Of a stretch of 64,000 bases of DNA, positions 1 to 11,672 are shown in pieces. Source of the stretch: Isurus oxyrinchus (lineage: Eukaryota). A model generated the notes under the pieces. The model saw only the letters and a list, made by a program, of their open reading frames with translations. It searched no databases and was not told where the DNA came from. The position numbers and the translations under genes are program-made. How positions within the stretch are numbered: the stretch's first letter is position 1; each line of letters starts with the position of its first letter. The stretch lies in the NCBI GenBank assembly GCA_026770705.1, contig JANJGN010000037.1, positions 10,168,001 to 10,232,000 on the forward strand. The letters are read 5' to 3'.

Positions 1-71
1 CAATTACAGTTTCTGTTTGCTGCTGCTCCTTTATGTAGTCCATTATGAACTGATCCACACTGTGATCTTGG

Positions 72-197
72 GTACTGCTGAAAAAAAGAGACTTGTTACC
101 AAAGCTTTTCATCTTGCGCTCGTCAGGATATCTCATAAGAAATTACCAACGTTAATTGGTAATTTCACAACAATATGTCTCTTTTTTTCAGCAGTAC
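72..197. mobile_element. Penelope-like element terminal remnant arranged as an inverted repeat, containing a degenerate minimal hammerhead motif (97-130, -)
   Basis: Perfect 21-bp IR gtactgctgaaaaaaagagac (72-92) / gtctctttttttcagcagtac (177-197). The minus strand reads tatc-CTGACGA-gcgcaagat-GAAA-agctt-t-ggta. There is also an inner hairpin gaaattaccaa/ttggtaatttc. Confidence 0.6.
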
Positions 198-704
198 TGA
201 AGTTCTATACTTCCAAAAGACTAATTGTGATCTGTATGATTCTAAACTAGGTTTGGATGAATGAATCTTAAGAATTCAAACTTAAAAAATGTGACTTATA
301 ATTACCATTGATTTTATTTAGTAAAAGGATTGGTTAAAAACTGGCCTTTCCTCTTCTGAAAGTTCTAGGAAGAGGAGTAGTCCTCAGAACACCTTGAGCT
401 TGTTCTGTCATTTTGGTTGATCTTGGCCCACATACTTTGATATCTTTATCTAACAAAATTCTAGTGATCTCAACCATCTGTTTATGAAACTCCTTGGCGG
501 AAAGTATGGTTTGTGTGTGTTTTTAGGAGATTATGGGTTGTGGAAGGTCCTGGCAAAGCTATATTCACTTATCACTAGTTACCCTGAGATGATAGTATTG
601 GGCATTCTTGAACTGCTGCAGTATTGAAGTGATGTTGCTCTTAAAATGTTGATAGATAAACTATTCCAGAACTTAACCTACTGATCATGAGGGAATAATT
701 TAAC

Positions 705-1589
705 TTCATGTTCAAGCCAGAATGGTACCTCTGGTAGGGAATTTGGGGATGATCTTATTGTTTTCTGTGCTCATTCTGCTGGCATCCACCAGCTCCTCAC
801 CAGTTAATGATGTTGGCATGAGGGGACCTTCTCACTCTTGTCCTTCTCAGTGGTAGAAGTTGCAGAGCTGGATACTGCTGTTGAAGTCAGTTTGTGGAGT
901 TGACACCAAGTTCCCTGTAGATTATGTACAAAATAATCAGTGCATCGGCACTGAACAAAGACAAAGAAAAGTACAGCACAGGAACTGGCCCTTCGGCCCT
1001 CCAAGCCTGCGCCGATCATATTGCTTGTTAAACTAAAACATTTTGCACTTTCGGGGTCTGTATCCCTCTATTCCCATCCTATTCATGTATTTGTCAAGCT
1101 GTCTCTTAAATACTACTATCGTACCTGCTTCCACCACCACCTCTGGCAGTGAATTCCAGACACTCACTACCCTCTGCATAAAAAACTTGTCCCACACGTT
1201 TCCTCTAAAGTTTTCTCCTCTCACCTTAAATCTTTGTCCCCCTAGTAATTGACTCTTCCACCCTGGAAAAAAGCTTCTGACTATCTATTCTATTCATGCC
1301 ACTCATAATTTTGTAAACTTCTATCAAGTTGCCCCTCAATCTCCATCGCTCTAGTGAATATTTTGTACATAATCTACAGGGAGCTTGGTGTCAACTCCAC
1401 AAACTGACTTCAACAGCAGTATCCAGCTCTGCAACTTCTACCACTGAGAAGGACAAGAGTGAGAAGGTCCCCTCGTGTCAGCATCATTAACTGGTGAGGA
1501 CCTGGTGGATGCCAGCAGAATGAGCACAGAAAACAATAAGATCACCTCCAAATTTCCTACCAGAGGTACCATTCTGACTTGAACATGAA
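705..1589. repeat. 231-bp inverted duplication (705-935 / 1359-1589) flanking a CR1 3' fragment
   Basis: The arms are near-identical reverse complements (ttcatgttcaag...attatgtacaaaata vs tattttgtacataat...cttgaacatgaa) with a 423-bp spacer. Confidence 0.9.
953..1358 (-). mobile_element. CR1 LINE 3' fragment (ORF2 C-terminus + 3' UTR)
   Basis: ORF 1033-1224 FFMQRVVSVWNSLPEVVVEAGTIVVFKRQLDKYM is the typical CR1 ORF2 end; ggcccttcggccc tail. Confidence 0.9.
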
Positions 1590-1999
1590 CGGGTGGATAT
1601 TTAGTTAATCGGCAAAGATGCTGATCAAGTGGACTACTTTGTCGCGTATGGTGTCAAGCTTTTCCAGTGTTGTTGCAGCTGGATCCGTTCAAGGAATGCT
1701 GGATATTGACAGTTGATCCGAAAGCATCGGGTTACTGCTTCAGATGGACACTGAAATCAGATGGATTTCCAGAATCTCCTGTTTTTTTTTTCTAATAACT
1801 AACAGACCTGCTATCTGTTTCATGGCAATAATGGACCCTTTTTAGTGTTTAGCCCATATTTTCAGCATTTGCCGCTTTGCTTATTGTTTTTGCCACCAAC
1901 AGCTTGTGTGAGAACAATGATAAAAAGTGAAGTTATGGGCTCATGAATCAACAGATTTATGGTTGAATTTTTCAGTCAATCAGTAGATAACTTCTTTTA

Positions 2000-2770
2000 G
2001 GTTATGGTTAAAGCATACGGTATTCTAGGCTTCATTAATAGGGGCATAGAGTATAAGAACAGGGAGGAAGTGTGAATACACGGAAAAACACGTTCTATTG
2101 AAGGGTCATGAGGACTCGAAACGTCAACTGTGCTCTCCTCCGCCGATGCTGCCAGACCTGCTGAAGTTTTCCAGGTACTTCATGTTTCTGTTTTTGTTGT
2201 GATAAGAACAGGGAGGTTTTGATGAACTTATATAAGACACTGGTTAGACTTCAGCTGGAGTATTGTGTACTGCGTGCCACTTTATAGGAATGATGTGAAC
2301 ACATTGGAGAGAGTACAGAAGAGGCTTATGAGAATGGTTCCAGGGATGTTACACTTCAGATATGAGGAAAGATTGGAGAAGTTGGGACTGTTTTCCTTGG
2401 GGAGGAGAAGACTGAGAGGAGACTTGACAGAAGTTTTCAAAATCATGAGGGGTCTGGACAGAGTAAATAGGGAGAAACTATTTCCCACTCATAAACGGAT
2501 CGAGAACCAGAGGGCACATAAATTGTTTTTGAAAAGGAGCAATTGCGAGGTGAGAAAAGCTTTTTCATACAGTGAGTAGTTAGGGTTTGGAATGCACTGC
2601 CTGAAGTGTGGCGGAGGCAGGTACAAAAGAGGCATTCAAGAGGGCATTGGATGATTATTTAAATAGAAACAATGTGCAGGGTTATGAGGAAAAGGCAGGA
2701 GATTGGCACGAAGTTAAAATGCTCAGAGAGCTGGTGCAGATACGATGGGCTGAATGGCCTCCTGTGATTC
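2000..2770 (+). mobile_element. CR1 LINE 3' fragment, interrupted by a Penelope terminus
   Basis: LERVQKRLMRMVPG..YEERLEKLGLFSLGRRRLRGDLTEVFKIM; 3' tail gggctgaatggcctcct. Confidence 0.9.
2068..2201 (+). mobile_element. Short Penelope terminal (pLTR) insertion with 15-bp TSD
   Basis: Matches the 3' terminus of the element at 46529-47574; flanked by ataagaacagggagg at 2053-2067 and 2202-2216. Confidence 0.85.
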
Positions 2771-3420
2771 TGGTTCCGTCTTGAGGAAAGAAAATGAGTG
2801 AAATATTTTATTAATCTGACAAATGGGCAAATCTGGCTTTTCTTTCTTGCTTGCTTTTTGACATACTTTCATTTGATTAGCTGCTCGTTGATGCCTGTGC
2901 AAGTAGATACATGCCACCTATTGTCTTTTGCAAACTTCATTATACCAGACTTTTCGGGGGGTGGGGGAGTTTTTTGGTGCTATTGATCTTTCCTTAATTC
3001 ACATCTTGCTTCCACACCGCCACATTGTTGAAACTCAAAGTCCTTCACTCCTCTCACCTCAGCATGCCGTTGGTGCCTGTAAGTGGACAGGGTTTCCTGA
3101 CAATCAACAATCTCGATGCACCGCATTTAGTGAATTGTTAGTGCGTAAAGCCTTTGGCTTGGATTTTTCTGGAAACCGGCAAAGTTCGATATCAGGCAGG
3201 GAAATTGGCGTTTGACCTGCCGATGGCAATGGCGGAATTTCACCCCTTATCATGGGGAACATTGTCAAAAAAATCAGAGCTACGGGTTTTACGTTGAATT
3301 GCTGGAGGGGTGACCTTGGATTCGCCCACCCTCAGAGCTTCAGGAATCCGGTTGCCATAATTAAAGACCATCCCTGCACAGAGCTAGCACTCTCCAAGGG
3401 TTAGGAACTGATGGGAACTG

Positions 3421-4920
3421 ATGGCTGCTAAAGCTAGGAAGCAAGCTGCCCCAAATTTAGTGATGCCTCCCTTGAGCGCCTACTAGACGCAGCGGAGGCC
3501 TGCCGCGATGACCTTTATACCCTCTCCAGGCGAAGGCCAGCAAGCAAAGTCACCAATCCAGCATGGTAGGCATTGGCAGCAGTGATCAGTGCCAACGCAC
3601 TCCAAAAGAGGACAGCCATCCAATGCTGAAAGAGAATGAATGATCTCCTTCATTCCGTTAGAGTAAGTCATTTCTCATCACTCTCAACTCACGCACTCAC
3701 CCACAGGGACCTCACTCACTCCCAGCTCAAGGGACATCACCACTCACTCTCTCACACGCACCTTCATCTGCCCTGCAGATTGTGTCATCCCGTCCATGAC
3801 ACCACTCACCACCCACACATGCCAGGCATTCTTCTCATCCGGCCTGGCAAGCGTCCTGCTCACACTCTCTCCACCTGTCTTCATGCAGGACAAGCTGGCA
3901 CATAACAAAAGGGAGAGTTCCCAGAGTGATGAAGAAACGCCCAACCTCAAGGTCCTGACAGACTTTGAAAATAGAGCAACTAAGCTGGCCATTGAGGATG
4001 TAGACTGTTGGTTGGTGCGCTGACAGTGAGGTCAGTGGCACTCAACCAAGTAAGGATCCAGCATTGCAACATCCATCAGACAACCATGCTGTGACTGATG
4101 TCTCCTGTCCTACAGGCCATTGCCATGCACTAATTATCTCTCCTTTCTTTCACAGGTACATCTGGGAAGCAGTCGAGGGAGTCCACGAGCCAAGTCCTCA
4201 ACTGCAGCCCAGAGAAAACCACGGAAGCTGAATTCACAGACACCAACATTGAAGATCCATCACAATGCTCACCCACACCCTCCATCAGCGCAGCGACACA
4301 CACCTCGGTGGGACCTAGTTACAGAGTAGCCTTGGGGTCACAATCTGGTGAGCACATTGCACTCTCTGATCTGCAGCAGGAGGAGGCAGAGGCATCTCAG
4401 GGTGCCAGCACTCAGAGGATTGCTGGAGGACAGGAACCTGCTGAGCCTGAGTCAGGACTCGATTCTACCTCAGTTGTTGGGGCTGCAAAGGCAAGCTCGG
4501 GAACATCGGGAAGGGATGTCTGCTGTACTTCTCAGATTGAAAGATACGATGGAAGCTTCCGTCTGCCTTCAGACTGAGGTGATAACACTGGCATGCCAAT
4601 GCATTGAGGTCAACACTGGTAGAGTAGCGGCTGCCTTGGGGACCTTGCTCCAGGACATCGGCCCTACTCTGCTGCAGGATTTGTACTCCATTGCTGAGGC
4701 ACTTGCTGGCATCCATCAGTGTCAACTTGAGATGGGGGCAGGGCATCTCGAGCTCACTTCAGCTACCCCTTCCTCTCAATGAGTGAGCCAGGGGCCCTTG
4801 GGCACCCATAGGGAGGAGGATCGGTAGGTACACACCCTGGGACCATCCACCCAGGTGACTCCGGGAGTGTCCGGTCCCTATGAATCCACTTTTCCTGTGA
4901 CACCAGCAGCTCTGGCAGTG
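3421..4920 (+). pseudogene. Harbinger Myb/SANT-like DNA-binding protein gene, three exons, frameshifted and 3'-truncated
   Basis: MAAKARKQAAP-FSDASLERLLDAAEACRDDLY...KRMNDLLHSVR | GTAAGT 3663 ... CAG 3888 | DKLAHNKRES... | GTAAGG 4050 ... CAG 4155 | exon 3. Confidence 0.75.
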
Positions 4921-5440
4921 CAGGTCGAGGAGTGGCGGCAGCTATGGCCACTCGACTGCATCCTGAACTCTCATCTCAGGAGCAGACATTTTCCTAATCT
5001 GCACTCCAAGGCTTTGCCGTTTGCTTGGATCCTGAGGGTGGCTTTTCAATGTCTACTTAAACATAATGCAAGGGATTAGGAGCGCACCTCTTCGTCAGTT
5101 TGCATGGCCACCTTTCTCAAGAGAATCCTCAAGCTTGCCCAGTGATTCTGCAGCACCATAGCACTCATTTGATTTTGAAGCCTGCCTGCAAGGGGTTAAA
5201 AGTAGAGGAACAATCAATGGTACTCTCAGGAATTAGTGCTGCTTGAGTGAGCACACACAATTGCTTTACTAGCCTGACTCCAAGCATGTCAATTGAGCTC
5301 AAGCTAGATGGTCTCAACTGTGGAACAGTGCTCACCTTTGACATGGTTTTCCATTTACCTGGCCATTTTTCCCCTTATACCCCCAGCCTTTGGCATGTGT
5401 TAGTGTGCAACCTTTCAGCCTGTGCTGCCATGAGTCCCCT

Positions 5441-5691
5441 TGCACTGTTGCCCTAGCCCCAAAGTTCCCTTCTTTCCCTTTTCTCTGGCACTGTTGCCCT
5501 AGCCCTGAGGTTTTCTTCTCTCTGGCACTGTTGCTGTAGCTCCAAGGTTTCCTTCTATCCGGCACTGTCTCCTTAGCCCCAAGGTTCCCTTCTCACTGGC
5601 ACTGTTTCTCTAGCCCCGAGGTTCCTTCTCTCTGGCACTGTCGCCCTAGCCCTGAGGTTCCCTTCTCTCTGTCACTCTTTCCCTAGCCCCG
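5441..5691. repeat. ~37-bp minisatellite (~7 copies) inside a Harbinger element
   Basis: Unit ~tctctggcactgttgccctagccctgaggttcccttc. Confidence 0.9.
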
Positions 5692-6169
5692 GCACCACAA
5701 GCCAGCCACAAAGAAGCCGCTGTGGAGACTTGCCTGTGACCCCCACTTTGCTGAACCCATGGAGCTGCTTCCTTGCTTTGGGATCCTGGTGAACGCTGGG
5801 CTAAGTTGCATATACTCACCTCTGAGTCCCCCTTGTAGTTCAGGTCGCCTGGTGCATGCCTTTTAAAAGCAGTTATAAACCACGCCGTTCTAAAATAATG
5901 CCGACATGGGATTTAAATTTGACGTGGTGGGGGTGATTCCAGCATGTGGCCGCAATAATGATGTGCAAATGTATTCAAATTAAGTTCCTGATGTCCGCCT
6001 ATGGGAAATACAGCCCACCATTGATGGGGGGAGGGGACAATCATTTCCCAGATTTATGTCGTGCCAGGGCCTTCTCGCAAAATTTTCTGATCTTGCCCAT
6101 CCTGATTGGGTGCGGAAAATTCCGGCCTTTGTTTTCTGAGCTTGTTCTAGCATCCAGCAGCCCCCTCAC

Positions 6170-6360
6170 CAGTTAGTGAAGTTGGCCAGGACCTGGGGGA
6201 TATCTTCTTGCAATTACTCAAATAGTGCAATGGGGCTTGATACATCCGAAAGCAGGCAGTATGAAGGCTTCTCTGAAAATGCAACACTCCCCCCAACTAC
6301 TGCACTGAAGTGCCAACTTGGACTAAATGCTCAAATCCATAATGGAACCTGCTTGAACTT
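6170..6360 (-). mobile_element. Degenerate Deu-domain SINE fragment
   Basis: Reverse complement resembles 44553-45016 (aatagtgcaatggggcttga..., tgcactgaagtgcca). Confidence 0.45.
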
Positions 6361-7394
6361 ACAGTTCTCTGATTTAGATATTTTTTATTGACCTTCCCCC
6401 TTTCCTTGTGATCTCTTACACCATTATAACCTGGCTGAGAGACACCATCATACCTGGCTGAGAGGGTCTATGGGTGATCTAATCCAAGGTGTGTATCACT
6501 GTTTTGAAGCCAGGCACTAGTTAGTATTTGAGAGTGACCTATGCGATTGTCCCTCTGTTTTGGATTTGGTTTCCATTTTGGGGAAATGACTGGCCTGCAC
6601 TTCTATAGCGGTGTGGCTGAAATTATGGATGTTGTTGAAAGGAGTTACACAAGCCACTGTCTCTAACGTGATGAACCACCAAACTGTGCTATTAATATTA
6701 TCCTTTTAAGGATTATTTTTAATTTCCTCCTTGAATACTCTCCAAGCAATGTGGTCTATTTGACCACATTTGTAAATCATAACTTAGAAATACAGAGGAA
6801 TAAGTTAACGTTGTGTCTGTTCTAAATATGGGGTAGGATGGCCTAGTGATTTGGATTCGTCATCTTAAAATGGCCAGAACTTCTAAGGAAAGATCAGGAG
6901 AACGTTTTTGGTCAGTGCTGGTCTTGAATGAATGCTTAACACTTTATCCGGAATTCCTCCCTCTGCTGCTAAAAAAGATATAGTGAAGCTTTTGGTATAA
7001 GCATGTTAAACATTTCTAGGAGAATTGCACCAGTCAGTAAACCTACTTTTAGATATATAAAACAAGATTGTTTTCAAAAATTATTTGAATTAAAAAAAAA
7101 TTAGTTGTGATCTCAATGTCAAATAAAATAAGTTCTACTGATTTTAATTATGGTATTTTGTGCAAATTCAGGGAGATTGTGCTCCCAACATTCCATCCCT
7201 GAAAATGTGAGAATGGGTCATAAGTGGTGGTATTAAATGAGAATTCCAATTTGATGGCTTGTACTGTCATTATTGCAGGACTACAGTACTGAGACCTGTA
7301 TAACATGGTAGGCAGGAGAAAAGGCTGAACAGTTTCCACCTTTGCTGTCCCAGATGTATCCTCGGCTTCTCTTGGCAGGTCACCAACTTAAAAG

Positions 7395-7890
7395 GTCCTG
7401 CAGCATTCTCATTCCATTATTCCATTCATTACTAAGCCAACGACACCTAGGATGGCTCAGCCAAGTTCATCAGATGAGCGATGGCCGTATTCCCAAAGAC
7501 CTGGAAGATGAACTGGCCACAGGGTCATGACCTGCTAGACACCCCTACCTGCTGTGGAAGGACACTTGCAAGCGAGATATGAAGATGGCGGATATTGACA
7601 TTGACACAGACAACGGGGAGATGGTTGCTGATGGCTGTGACCTGTGGAGGCTGACTATTTGGAGGCGCATTGGAAGAGGTGAGGAGAAGCGGAAAGTTCA
7701 GTGAGCTGAGAAGTGGGCCCAGAGAAAACAAAAAGCCAGTGGATCCACACCTTCGCAGCCCACTGCCTTCATCTGCAGCAGGTGTGGCAGAGACTCTCAT
7801 CCGGAGTAGGGCTCCTGAGCCACACCAGGCGATGTCTAACATAGTTTGCACCTTAGCGGTCAGCTCTATCGCCCCACGAGACAGATACTG
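7395..7890 (+). mobile_element. RTE-clade LINE 3' fragment
   Basis: QRHLGWLSQVHQMSDGRIPKDL..ELATGS, then WKDTCKRDMK and a C-terminal FICSRCGRD..GLLSHTRRC zinc knuckle typical of RTE. Confidence 0.8.
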
Positions 7891-8269
7891 GAAGCACAGT
7901 CTTTCTCAAATGATCCGACAGGCCTTTTAACTGTGGGAGTCTGGATGATATACTAGATTAGCAGACCGACCATGGCTTAAATCCTGCCTGGACTGCGATG
8001 AAAGTCTCCTGTCTCTATCTGTGCAAGTCCTAGGACTGTAGTTACGGAGGGTTTGGCTAAATCATTGAGACACCTAAAGGATGGGTGAAATGAAAATTGG
8101 AAATATATTTCTTTCTGCAACAATTCTTTTATTCCCAGGAGCTGGAATAACCGTGTCCATAGATATCTCGATAGATATGGTCAGTGCTGTTTCAGTAATG
8201 GGTGGCAGAGCCCTTCGTTCCTGATCTTGCTTAATATTGGAGGTAATAAAAATTAGAAATGCCAGATAC

Positions 8270-8550
8270 ATGGTCAATGGTATAAAATTATGAGAAACCT
8301 AGATAGAATAGATATCTATTTATCCTCAGCAAAGAGGCCTAGAACTTGCTGCCTGAAAGGATGGTAGAGGCAGAAACCATCACTCTATTTAAACCATCAT
8401 GGATAAAGTACTTAGAATGCATGACTCCTGTAACCTATGAGGCTACAGACCAAGAGCTGGAAATTGGGATTAGGCAAGATGGCTCTTCTCCAGCCGACGC
8501 AAACATGATGGGCAAAAATGGGCTCTGGTGCCATAAATTTTGTAGGAATT
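8270..8550 (+). mobile_element. Degenerate CR1 3' fragment
   Basis: LPERMVEAETITLFK..IKYL, CR1 ORF2 end. Confidence 0.6.
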
Positions 8551-8799
8551 GATCTACCCTTCTGACTAAGGATGGATACAGCATACAGAAGAAAATAGGA
8601 ACATGTATGTGTAACAAAGGAATAGTTTAAAATAGTAAAAGTGAAGAATGCTTGTGGTTTGCACATAGCAGCTGGCTTTAATCACAGTCCCACAGCAGCT
8701 GCTGTTAATTTTTTTCAAATGAAACCCTAGCATATAACAGTAATATTCACACATGGAATTTGATGCAGAAAATAAATAACAATGCGTTTTTCAGGCTAC

Positions 8800-9540
8800 A
8801 TAGGAATCGTTGAGAAAACCTTTTGGCCAATTCACCTCCTCCTTCCATTGAAACATGTTATCTCCATCACAACATCCGACTCTCTGATCCCCAACTGGAA
8901 CCTATTTCGGGGATTAGTTGTGATGTGTATGTGTAGTCAGCCCTGAACTTGCGTTTACCACCTTGTACCCGTGTTTTCTTATTTTGTGGCTGAGATTTAA
9001 CTTGAAATGATTAAAGGGACAAACCTTTTCTACTCTACTTTATACATTTCTGCGGCTTTACCCTCTCATTCGGCTCCTTTTGAGGTTGAAGAATCAAGTT
9101 CATTTTAATGTCCTCTTGTAATTCCATCCTCTGACCTTAGGGATCAGCTTTACTGCCCTTCTCTGCATCCAAGGCCTGGATGTGTCCTTTGTGCTATGGT
9201 GACCAGACTGAATGCAGTGTTTAAAGTGCCTTGGTCGGCCACACTAAATTACAGTTGTAGATCAGTATTCTGTTTGCTTTATTAATTGGTCTTCTGAAAT
9301 GGCGAGATATGGTTTGGTTTCAGTCTGTTTCAAGTCTCGAATTTTAACCTATCTATCATTTAATAAGTAGATTTACCATTTATTTTCTCTATTGGGAAGG
9401 ACCTTGCATTCATCTGAATTGGGTTTCGTCTGTCATGGTTATGCCTATTTGTAAACATTTTATTTTGTAATTCCTTAGCTGTTTTTCAAGACTCTACAAC
9501 TTCCTACCTCTCCCAAGTTTAGCATTATCTGCAGATTAGA
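8800..9540 (-). mobile_element. Old, highly diverged CR1-like fragment
   Basis: Residual similarity to CR1 reverse-strand motifs (accttgcattcatctgaattg, aagtttagcattatctgcaga corresponding to ADDTKL). Confidence 0.45.
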
Positions 9541-9545
9541 CCATA

Positions 9546-9662
9546 GGGCGGGAATTTACGCTGGAGGGATTTTATGACCCAACTGAAGTCAATGGACTTT
9601 TGAACAGCTCGCTGCATTTTTTGACCCTGCCCCCACCGTGACGGGGCTGTAAAATTCCACTC
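9546..9662. mobile_element. Harbinger-type MITE (117 bp)
   Basis: TIRs gggcgggaattt / aaaattccactc; 3-bp TSD ATA (9543-9545, 9663-9665). Confidence 0.8.
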
Positions 9663-9759
9663 ATAGTTATTGTTCATTTAAAATTGATCCAGTTGATATC
9701 AAAAGCTTCTTTTCCGTGTTCAAAGTGAAAAGCACAGCTTGTGATTGGCGTGCAAAACA

Positions 9760-10505
9760 ACTTGAGGTCATCTAAAATGCTGCTGCCCCTATCCTAACAC
9801 TAACCAAGTCCCATTCATCCGTCTCTCCAGTGCTCATTGACAGACATTGTCTCCTAGTTAAGCAGTGCCTTGGTTTTAAAATTCTCATCTTTGTGATCAA
9901 ATCCCTCCCTGGCCTTGCCCCTCGTGTTTTCTAATCTCCTCCGGCCTCACAACCCTCTGCTCCTGTAATTCTGGTCTCTTGAGTATTCCTAATTTTAATT
10001 GCTCAACCGTTGGTGGTTGTATTTTCTGATGCCTAGGCCCTAAACTCTGGAATTCCTTTCCTAAGCCTCTCCCCCTCACTTTCCTCCTTAAAGATGTTCC
10101 TTCATAGAAACATAGAAAATAGGAGCAGGAGTAGGCCATTCGGCCCTTGGAGCCTGCTCCGCCTTTCATTATGATCATGGTTGATCATCCAACTCAATTG
10201 CCTGCTCCTGCTTTCTCCCCATATCCTTTGATCCCTTTCTCCCCAAGAGCTATATCTAACTCTTTCTTGAAAACATACAATGTTTTGGCCTCAAACTGCT
10301 TTCTGTGGTAACGAATTCCATAGGCTCACCGCTCTCTGGATGAAGAAATTTCTCATAGAAAATTCTACCTCATTGACCAAGCTTTGATTGTTTGCCCTAA
10401 TATCTCCTTATCCGGCTTGGTGTTAAATTTTGCTTCTTAATGCTCCTATGAAGTACCTTGTGACTTTCTGTTACATTATTGGTGCTATATAAATGCCAGT
10501 TGCTG
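9760..10505 (+). mobile_element. L2-like LINE 3' fragment interrupted by a CR1 3' tail (~10103-10355, -)
   Basis: L2 tail ctctggaattcc...ggtgctatataaatg; internal catagaaacatagaaaataggagcaggagtaggccattcggccc CR1 tail. Confidence 0.65.
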
Positions 10506-10819
10506 TTACATAGAGATTATTGCTGGCGAATGAATGTGGGCTTTGAAGATTCCCTGTGCTGATATCTGCTAGGTGGGAATTAACTTTTGAATGAAGTCCT
10601 CAAATAAGAATTTGGAGGATTAAAAATTAGAAATGACAACATAGAAATGTAATTTACATTCAAGGTACTCTTTTTGCAGTTAGCTTCTTCAAATTAATTG
10701 TTTACTACAATTTTTTCTTTTCCCGTTCCCACTCCCTAATTCCTATCCTCCTCATGATGCCAAATTACTGGTTCTATCTGCTAGCTTCTGCCTAATATTA
10801 AGTCTACATATTAGCGTAA

Positions 10820-11005
10820 CAAAGAAAGATTTTCATTTATACAGGTCTCTCAGAAACTGCTCAGAGTACTCAGTATGTAATGAATCACTTTGAGTCACGC
10901 TGACTCTCGTTACATAAGCAATCATGACAACCATTTTGAGCACAGCAGGACTTCACAAATAGCAGTGAGATGAATGACCATCTATTTTGGTGATGTTGGT
11001 TGAGG
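10820..11005 (-). mobile_element. Deu-domain SINE 3' part
   Basis: Reverse complement of the 3' half of 44553-45016 (cagcagtgagatgaatgacca). Confidence 0.5.
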
Positions 11006-11007
11006 AA

Positions 11008-11330
11008 GGGGGTGGTGATGGTGTCGCGGTAATATCACAGGACTAGCAATTCAAGGGGACTAGACTAATGCTCTTGGGGACATGGGTTCAAATCCCACCA
11101 TGACCACTAATGGAATTTAGATTAAATTAATAAAAATCTGGAGTATAAAGCCAGTCTCAGTAATAGTGACTATGAAACTATCAGCTCATCTAGTTCACTA
11201 ATGTCCTCCTTTTAGGAAGTAACGTGGTTGATTCTTAACTGCCCTGGGAAATGGCCTAGCAAGTCACTCACATGGGCACCAAATGCTGGCCTTGCCAGTG
11301 ATGCTCACATCCCATGAAAGAATAAATAAT
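11008..11330 (+). mobile_element. tRNA-derived SINE (head+tail derivative of the LINE at 41263-44419)
   Basis: B box ggttcaaatccc; body matches 44140-44419; tail aaatgctggccttgccagtgatgctcacatcccatgaaagaataaa matches the LINE 3' end. Confidence 0.8.
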
Positions 11331-11672
11331 GTTGTCTAGGACAGGATAGGATAGGTCATATCAATCTATAACCATACAGAGCTGTTTCATCTGTGCTAAG
11401 AAACACTGGGTGGGATTTTTCCCTCAGTGCACTAAGTGCGATGGCGGGCATGAAAATCGGCATTTTACCCTCCGGCTGCAGTGGTGGGTTTTTGCACCGT
11501 ATTGTCTGCTTCCTGCCTCATTAAATATGCACGCATGGGAAACATGCCGGAACGCTAGTGGGCAACCTCTGATTTGCCTGCCTCACTGTGAGCTCACTGC
11601 TTCCTCACTGGGCGCCATATGTAGCAACACTGAGTATTCTCAATGTCTGTAGCCCAGGACTGCTGCACTGAC

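Larger units (their letters stand above)
3156..6127 (+). mobile_element. PIF/Harbinger transposon, non-autonomous deletion derivative (Myb/SANT gene only)
   Basis: Imperfect TIRs ggcttggatttttc / ggaaaattccggcc. The interior is homologous to the Myb gene at 11672. No DDE transposase is recognisable. Confidence 0.75.

Noticed and set aside
4920-5200. Extra minus-strand exon or third ORF in the first Harbinger
   Set aside because: An acceptor-like site exists at ~5186, but there is no open frame or recognisable homology.
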